Source: Haplodiscus bocki
Lineage: Eukaryota
Assembly (NCBI GenBank): GCA_965655095.1
Contig: OZ296651.1
Location: forward strand, 25,296,001-25,360,000
Direction: 5' to 3'
DNA length: 64,000 nt
Shown: positions 56,075 to 64,000 of the stretch, piece by piece
How positions within the stretch are numbered: position 1 is the first letter of the stretch
How the letters are laid out: every line of letters begins with the position of its first letter
Notes under the pieces: generated by a model
The model's database searches: none
What the model was told of the DNA's origin: nothing
What the model saw: the letters and a program-made list of their open reading frames with translations, nothing else
Made by a program: the position numbers and the translations under genes

Positions 56075-57779
56075 TTGAAGAAATGTAACCCGGGATCTGA
56101 AAAAATTTACGTTTGCATTTACCGAAAAAACAACTTTTTCGTTGACGTCAATGGGCTAAGTCCATCTAAACAGTTTGCTATGGCCGAGTCGACTTTTGAG
56201 GCGTTTCCAATGAAAGACATTTTGGAAAGATGGCAATTGTCGATTGGCACCTTGACAGAAAAGTTGAAACTGGTAGTTTTGGAGGAAGCTAAATTTGGTT
56301 AGCGACGTTGATCATACGTACAGAGAGCTTTTGCTAATTTCCGACCCATGAGTTGCTATTGGAAAAACCAAATCACAAGAAAACTTCAAAGGAACACCTT
56401 CTTCAATGTTGACAAACGTCTAGTGAGAGGTTGATTAATGAAAATCAGTAGTTAGTTCAGAGGAAGAATCTGGTTTCTCTTTCGTATAATTTCACCGAGC
56501 ACTATACACAGATAAATTGGTCCACTTAGACCTGGGTGGAATTAGTTTGGTCAGTAGTTCAGCAAACAGCTTGTTTGGAATCTGAATAGAACCAAGTGCA
56601 AGGGCAAGGTTGATTTGAAATTCTTCGCCAATCAAAAATTGGCTGCGAGCAATACAGTTGAAAGTTTCTCTTTCGAAAATTTTTGAAAAAATAAAACGTT
56701 TTCTTTGCTGTCCTGAGAAGAAATTCCAGACTGAAGCAGTGCAAAATGATCAGTTCTACTACAAAGGAGCACCACTTATTTGCATAAACTTTAGCATTCA
56801 TGCCTATTTAACATTCGATCAACGGATGAAAACAAAGTGGTAGATTTTGAAACATCTTGTTCAATGTCAAATTTGTTGATTGACAACTTGACGGGAGATA
56901 TCCTGAGAGTTTCTGTTCTGAGGGAAACCTAGTTTGAAACTCAAAAAGAAGGAAAACAAAATTCACCTTCTGACTACTTTGACTCAACATATTGTTTTTG
57001 CAAGGAACTGATTGGTATGTTTGGAACTTCCTCAATTCCCGTGATAAAAAAACGTCGATTGAGACCCTGATGCACTGATGGACGAATTGCAGAGAGTAGT
57101 TTCGGAAACAAAAGGCTCCTTTTTCGGCATAAAAATTTCCTTGCCGTTGTCCGTTTTTTCGGTCCCAATGCTTCAGATATATTAAACGTTCACCGATTTT
57201 TTTCTTTTGACTGATGCGCTACATTTTCGAAATCTTGGTTAAGACCTCAATGTGACAGATTCAGCCGTGTGTTTTGTGAGAATTGAACCTGATCATCGAA
57301 ACGTTTTTTAGCGGTGTTCTACTTTTGACACTTTTCGGACAATAGAGTTGCGGTGTGAGGAAGCAAATGCAACAAGTATCACTGTCGAATGTCGAGAGAA
57401 GTGAAAGTAAAGTCGAGTAATACCTTGATGATTGAAATGCGGCCATCTCTTTCTGTGAAATGCAACATTGGTTTTTAGGAACAAAAACTTGTTCCATTTT
57501 CTGGCTTTTTGGGTCAGAAGTTTTTACGATGTCAAGATTTTTTCTTGGAAGATAAGTTTTGAAAATTGTTTTGCAGTTAAGAAATGTTGACTGAGACAGT
57601 GATAGAAGACATGGAGAGGTTTTTTTGAAAATGCTAATCTGTTAATCAGGAAGATTCAAACAAAGTTTCAAATGTTAACTTTTTCTTGGAATCATGTCTC
57701 ACGACCGAGCAACCAAACCCAGAAAGAGACAGGCAAAGATCATTGCAGAAGTCTTTTGAAATATCAACTGAGACTCTAA
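56075..57779 (+). pseudogene. Representative full monomer read as a possible fossil (decayed) plus-strand coding sequence of unknown product
   Basis: Joined plus-frame segments read ...FAMAESTFE.FPMKDIL.RWQLSIGTLTEKLKLVVL.EAKFG... and ...KIFEKIKRF..PEKKFQTE.VQNDQFYYK.AP.... Some pairwise comparisons are enriched for synonymous changes. There are many stops and frameshifts and no recognised domain. Confidence 0.2.
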
Positions 57780-58119
57780 TTGAAGAAATGTAACCCGGGA
57801 TCTGAATGAATATATGTTCCCAGTTACCTAAAAAAAGAACTTTCTTGTGTCCGTTAACTCGCTCAGTCCATCTAAAGAGTTTGCTAAGGCAGAGTCGACT
57901 TTTGAGGCGTTTCCAGTGAAAGACCTTTTGGGAAGTGGGCAATTGTTGATCGGGACCTTGACAGAAAAGCCTAAACTGGTAGGTTTGAGTGAAGCTAAAT
58001 CTGGTTACCGAGGTTGATCACACGTACAAAGGGCTTTTGCTAAATTCCGACCAATAAGTTGCTATTAGAACAGCCAAATCACAAAAAAAATCAAATGAAC
58101 ACGTTTCTTAAAGAAGAAA

Positions 58120-61100
58120 ATAGTCCAGTGAGAGGCTGATTGATGAATATCAGCAGTTAGTTCTGAGGAAGAATTTGGTTTCTGTTTATTATGATTTCAT
58201 CGAGTACATCACACAGATATATTAATCGACTCAGACCATGGTGGAATGAGTCTGGTCTGTAATTTTGCACATAAGTGTATTGGAATCCGAAAAACAAGCA
58301 AATGCAAACGCAAGATTGGTTTGAAATTCTACGCCCATCTAAATTTGGCTGAGAGCAGTGAACTTGAAATTTTCTCTCTCGGAAGCTTCTTGAAATTAAA
58401 ATGTTTTTTTTTGACGCCTTGATGAAGATTTCTAGCCGGAAGCAGTGCCCAGTATTCAGTTCTAAGACAAAAAAGCACCATATAAACGGAACTCTTAGCA
58501 TTCAGGCATATCAAACATTTGACGAAAAAACAAAAAAAGTACAGTGAAATTTGAATCTTTCAATCAAAATTTAAGTTTGTTGACTGGCAATTTGACGAAA
58601 GAAATCCTGTGAATTGCTGTTTCGAAGGAAACCTAGTGAGAAACTTTACACGAATGAAACCAATATTCACCTATTGACTACTTTGACTCAACAAGTTGCT
58701 GTTGCAACGAACTTATTGCGATGTTCGGAAGTTCGTAAATTCCAATGAAGAAAAAGCGTTGATTGATACTCTGGTGGACAAATGTAGACAGTGGCTTTGA
58801 ACAGCAAAAGGTTTGCTTTTCAAGAAGAATAAATTTCTTCATTTTTCTCGCCATTTCGGCTCCTAATGATTCCGAGGTAGGAAACGTTCCCGGAAATCTT
58901 TTTTTTCTACATGACGCTTTACAGTTTCAATTTTTTGATTGAGATTTCAAAGTGAAAACTTCAGCCGTTTGTCCAAAAAAAGTCGAACCTATTTTTCATG
59001 ATAATTCAATAACAACGTGTTTTTTGACACTTTTTCAACAATAGAGTTGCGGTGTGGGGAAGCAACTCCAACATTTAACAATCTCATATGCTGAGAGAAC
59101 TGAAAACATGATTGAAATGCAGCGTTTCAATTTTGTGAAAAGCCTCATTGTTTTTTAGGAAAAAATGACTTGATCTACAATTTGGCCTCTTGGGTCCGAA
59201 TTGTTTACGCTGTCAAGATTTTTTCTTGAAAGATAAATATTGAAAACTGTTTTGCAGATAGAAATTGTTGACTGAGACAGTGATAGAAAAAGTGCAGAGG
59301 ATATTTTGAAAACGCAAATCTGTTAATCGAAACGATTCATGAAAAATTTCATACGTGAAAAATTTCTCCGTATCACTTTTCCGGTCCGACGAAACAAATC
59401 TAGAAAGAGACAGGCAAATGGCATTGCAGAAGTAAATAAAACGTCAAGTCACACTCTGGTTGAAGAAATGTAACCCGGGATCTCGAAGAACTTATGTTTG
59501 CAGTTACCGAAAAAAAAACATTTTTGGGCGCTGATCAGCTAAGTCCATCCAAACAGTTTGCTAAGTCAGAGTCGACATGTGAGACATTTCCAGTGAAGGA
59601 CATTCTGGGAAGTTGAGAATTGTTGGTTGGGATCTTGACACAAAAGTTAAGGCTGGTAGTTTTGAAGGAAGCTCAATTTGGTTATAGACGTTGATCATAC
59701 GTACAAAGAACTTTTGCTATTTTCAGACCAAAAATTTCCTTCTGGAAAAGTCAAACCACAAAAAACTTTCAAAGGAACACCTTCTTCAAAGATGAAATTA
59801 GTCGTGTGAGAGGTTGAAAGATGAAAATCAGCCGTTAGTTCTGAAGAAGAAATTGGTTTATTCTTCGTATAAGCTCAACGAGTACTAGACATGGATAATT
59901 TTGTCCACTGAGACCTTGCTGGAATGAGTCCGGTCTGTAATTTTGCACACAAGTGTATTGGAATCCGAAAAACAAGCAAATGCAAATGCAAGATTGATTT
60001 GAATTTCTACGCCCATCGAAATTTGGCTGAGAGCAATATATAAACTTGAAATTTTCTCTCTCGGAAGCTTCTTGAAATTAAAATGTTCTGTTTGACGCCT
60101 TGATGAAGACTTCCAGCCGGAAGCAGTGCACAGTATTCAGTTCTAACATTAAAGCGTCATATAAATAGAACTCTTAGCATTCAAGCCTATCAAACATTTG
60201 ACGAAAATAAAAAACGTACAGTGAAAATTGAATCTTTCTATCGAAATTTAAATTCGTTGTTCGGCAATTCGACGAAAGAGATCCTGACAGTTGCTGTTTT
60301 GAAGGAAACCCAGTTAGAAACTTTAAACGAATGAAACCAATATTCACTTTTTGACAACTTTGACTCAACAAGTTGCTGTTGCAACGACCTAATTGCGATG
60401 TTCGGAAGTTCGTAATTTCCAATGATAAACAAAACGTCGATTGATACTCTGGTGGACAAACGTAGACAGTGGTTTTGAACAGCAAAAGGTTTGATTCTCA
60501 AGAAAAAGAAATTTCTTCATTTTTCTTGCCATTTCGGCTTTTAAAGTTTCCGATGTAGGAAACGTTCCCGGAACTCTTTTTTTTCTACATGACGCTTTAC
60601 ACTTTCAAGTTTTTGATTGAGAACTCAGAGTGAAAACTTCAGCCGTTTGTTCAAAAAAAGTCGAACCTTTGTTTCAAGATAAATCAATAACAGTGTGTTT
60701 TTTTCACACTTTTTCAACAATAGAGTTGCGGTGTGAGGAAGCAACTCCAACATTTAACAATCTCATATGCTGAGAGAACTGTTAACATGATTGAAATGCA
60801 GCGTTTCAATTTTGTGAAAAGCCTCATTGTTTTTTAGGAAAAAATGACTTGATATACAAATTGGCCTCTTGGGTCAGAATTGTTTACGCTGTCAAGATTT
60901 TTTCTTGAAAGATAAATATTGAAAATTGTTTTGCAGATAGAAAATGTTGACTGAGACAGTCATAGAAAAAATGCAGATATTATTTGGAAAACGCAAATCT
61001 GTTAATCGAGATGATTCAAAAAAACTTTCAAACGTGAACAATTTCTTCGGATCACTTTTCCGGTCCGACCAAACAAACCTAGAAAGAGGCAGACAAATGG

Positions 61101-64000
61101 CATTGCAGAAGTAATTAAAACTTCAAGTGAGATTGAAGAAATGTAACCCGGGATCTCAATGAATTTATGTTTGCAGTTACCGAAAAAAAATATTTTTTAG
61201 CTTTGACCGGCTAAGTCCATACAAACAGTTTGCTAAGTCAGAGTCAACATCTGAGACATTTCCAGTGAAGGAGATTCTGGGAAGTTGAGAATTGTTGATT
61301 GGGACCTTGACACAAAAGTTAAGGCTGGTAGTTTTGAAGGAAGCTCTGTTTGGTTGTAGACGTTGATCATACGTACAAAGAACTTTTGCTAATTTAGGAC
61401 CAAAGAGTTCCTACTGGAACAGTCAAACCACAGAAAAACTTTCAATTGAACAATTTCATCAAGGATGAAATTAATCCAGTGAGAAGTTGAATGATTAAAA
61501 TCAGCACTTAGTTCTGAGGAGGAATTTGGTTTCTTTTTTAAATGAGTTCAACGTGTAATACACACAGATAAATTAGACCACTCAGACATTGGTGGAATGA
61601 GTCCCGTCTGTAATTTTGCACACAAGGGTTTTAGAATCTTAAAAACGGGCAAATGAAAATGCAAGATGGGTTTCAATGTCTGCCCCAATCGGAATTTGGT
61701 TGAGAGCAGTAAAAGGTATAATTTCTCTCTCGGAAGCTTTTTAAAATTAAAAAGTTTTGTTTGACGTCTTGATGAACAATTCCAGACGGAAGCAGTTCAA
61801 AGTAATCAGTTCGAAGACAATAAATCATCATATAAACAGAACACCTAGCATTCAGGCCTATCCAAAAAACGAAGGAAAAAAATTACAGTCAAATCTGCGT
61901 TTTTTTATGAAAAACAAATTTTTCGAGTGACAACTTTACGAGGGAAATCCTTACTTTTGCAGTTTTGAAGGAAACCTAGTTAGAAACTTAAAACCAATGA
62001 AAACAATATTCTTTATGTGCTTAGATATGTTCTTCTGACTTCCCTTACATGGAACTAAGTGCAAAATTTGGCAAAGATGTAATTCTTCAGAAGAAAACAT
62101 AACTTCATGAGATGAACAAAAAGCCGCCAGTAGTTTTGGAGGAAAATGTGCAATAGCAAGAAACTTGAAAACTACTGCTCTTTTTCACCAATTCAGTGTT
62201 TTCTTCTGCCATGTGCAAAACATTTCGCAAACAACTTTTAGTGAACGATTCTCTAGAATGGAAGAAACTCTGAATGAAACTGAAATGTCGGAAACCCAGT
62301 GGGTTGTTTTGAAAAAGATTGATCATGATTATCCAGGCAATTCATACCGCTTTGCTGGTTTCGGCACTTTTCACCCAATAAGTTTTACGCTGCAAAAAAA
62401 CAAACGCAACAAATGATTTCCCGCCTTTTTTACCGATTGTCATTAAGACCCAATGATTCCTTGTTGATTGAAATGCCGCCACTGACTTTAGGGAAAAGCC
62501 GAACAGTTTTTGAGTAAAAAACATGAAAACTCCCAGATTTCGGCTGTGTCTGATAAACAGTTTTCTCTGCGAGGATAAATTTCACTGCTATTACCATTGA
62601 AAGATCTATTGCCGATGAAAAGATGCTGATTGAGACACTGATAAAAGACATGGAGAAGATTTTTGGAAAAAACAAGTCTTGATTTAAAGACTACTCATTC
62701 AATAATGAAAATTTTGACGTATAATGGCATACATTTTCCAATCCGAAGTGCCAAACACAAACATACGGAAGCAAAGAGTTCAGCAGAAGTAACAAAAGAT
62801 CGATGGAGATATTGATTGAAGAAAATTAGCCAAAATTTCTGGAGAACTTTATGTTTGCAGTTGCGCAAAAAAAATTTTTTACCTCAATTTGCCAATTCCA
62901 TCCAACCAGTTTGATAAGGAAGAGCAGATTTCTGAGAGCTTTCCAATGAAGGGTATTTTGGGAAGTTGGCAATTGTCGATTGGGACCTTGACAGAAAAGT
63001 TAAGGCTGGTAGTTTTGAAGGAAGCTCAATTTGGCTATAGACGTTGATCGTACGTACAAAAAACTTTTGCTATTTTAAAACCAAAATTTTCCTTCTGGAG
63101 CAGTCAAATCACAGAAGAATTTCCAAAAGAACAACTTCTGCAAAAAAGAAACTAGTCCAGTGAGAGGCTGATTGATGAATATCAGCAGTTAGTTCTGAGG
63201 AGGAATTTGGTTTTTAATTAATATGACTTCACCGAGTACCTTACACAGATAAATTATTCGACTCAGACCATGGAAGAATAGTGCGGTCTGTATTTTTGCA
63301 CATATGTGTTTTGGAATGTGAAAAACAAGCGAATGCAGATGCAAGATTGGTTTGAAATTCTACGCTAATGCAAATTTGGCTGCGTGCAGTAAACTTGAAA
63401 ATTTTTCTCTCGGAAGCTTCTTGAAATTAAAACTTTTTGTTTGACGCCTTGATGAAGATTTCTAGCCGGAAGCAGTGCACAGTATTCAGTTCTAACAATA
63501 AAGCGTCATGTAAACAGAACTCTTAGCATTCAGGCCTATCAAACAATTGACGAAAATAAAAAACGTACAGTGAAAATTGAATCTTTCTATCGGAATTTTT
63601 ATTTGTTGTTCGGCAATTCGACGAAAGAGATCCTGACAGTTGCTGTTTTGAAGGAAACCCAGTTAGAAACTTTAAACGAATGAAACCAATATTCACTTTT
63701 TGACAACTTTGACTCAACAAGTTGCTGTTGCAACGACCTAATTGCGATGTTCGGAAGTTCGTAATTTCCAATGATAAACAAAACGTCGATTGATACTCTG
63801 GTGGACAAACGTAGACAGTGGTTTTGAACAGCAAAAGGTTTGATTCTCAAGAAAAAGAAATTTCTTCATTTTTCTTGCCATTTCGGCTTTTAAAGTTTCC
63901 GATGTAGGAAACGTTCCCGGAACTCTTTTTTTTCTACATGACGCTTTACACTTTCAAGTTTTTGATTGAGAACTCAGAGTGAAAACTTCAGCCGTTTGTT
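58120..64000 (+). repeat. Domain V: divergent monomers of the same family (~1673-1683 bp)
   Basis: Colinear with the family (gaaggaaacc, tgactcaacaag, ttccgatgtaggaaacgttc, ttgactgagacag) but with many substitutions. 60150-60651 matches 63499-64000 at offset 3349 (ORFs 60174/63523). Confidence 0.88.

Larger units (their letters stand above)
42617..58119 (+). repeat. Domain IV: long monomers of several sub-haplotypes
   Basis: Spacings are 1672, 1629, 1694, 1695, 1693, 1690, 1701, 1684, 1705. Confidence 0.9.
1..64000 (+). repeat. Macrosatellite: head-to-tail tandem array of ~41 monomers of 1.23-1.73 kb (full-length ~1.70 kb), all in one orientation
   Basis: Motifs such as tgagactctgattga, atggcagagtcgact, tacaaagaagcacc, gggaaacctagtttgaaac, gaggaagcaaatgc and gacaggcaaagagcattg recur in the same order throughout. 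Near-identical short ORFs recur in the ORF track at monomer-length spacings. I saw no inversion or unrelated insert. Confidence 0.98.

Noticed and set aside
205-63850. The 60-150 aa ORFs in the track as real CDSs
   Set aside because: They overlap on both strands, change length and frame between copies, often use TTG/GTG starts and resemble no domain I recognise. Their recurrence reflects the DNA repeat.
1-64000. 5S rRNA, tRNA, snRNA, SL-RNA or histone gene cluster
   Set aside because: The unit size fits such arrays, but I found no recognisable gene sequence, paired A/B boxes or invariant gene-sized island. A cmscan search was not possible.
1-64000. CRISPR array
   Set aside because: Sequence between the conserved motifs is homologous among units rather than unique spacers, the period is kilobases, and there are no cas genes.

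Overview
The whole 64 kb is one uninterrupted head-to-tail tandem array of a single AT-rich (~35-38% GC by eye) kilobase-scale repeat family, i.e. a macrosatellite, and it probably continues past both edges. Using the TTG of the anchor (c)tgagactctgaTTGa(a/t)gaaa I count 41 anchors: 596, 1825, 3051, 4287, 5532, 7148, 8386, 9623, 10855, 12093, 13331, 14566, 16181, 17886, 19593, 21319, 23043, 24718, 26272, 27944, 30116, 31678, 33242, 34805, 36367, 37933, 39494, 41059, 42617, 44289, 45918, 47612, 49307, 51000, 52690, 54391, 56075, 57780, 59460, 61133, 62816. The full monomer is ~1.70 kb. Fixed internal deletions give ~1.23 kb (S), ~1.56 kb (M), ~1.615 kb and ~1.67 kb classes, which are partly clustered into domains. 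The array contains recent near-identical duplications, a 3127-bp dimeric higher-order repeat, patchwork sharing of haplotype segments between monomers up to 52 kb apart, and a divergent layer at the right end. I recognise no intact gene, RNA gene, transposon or CRISPR array. The short ORFs in the track recur only because the repeat recurs. There is a weak, unproven hint that the monomer descends from a plus-strand protein-coding sequence. A eukaryotic source is likely, but I cannot identify the organism. All alignments were done by eye, so boundaries are approximate.
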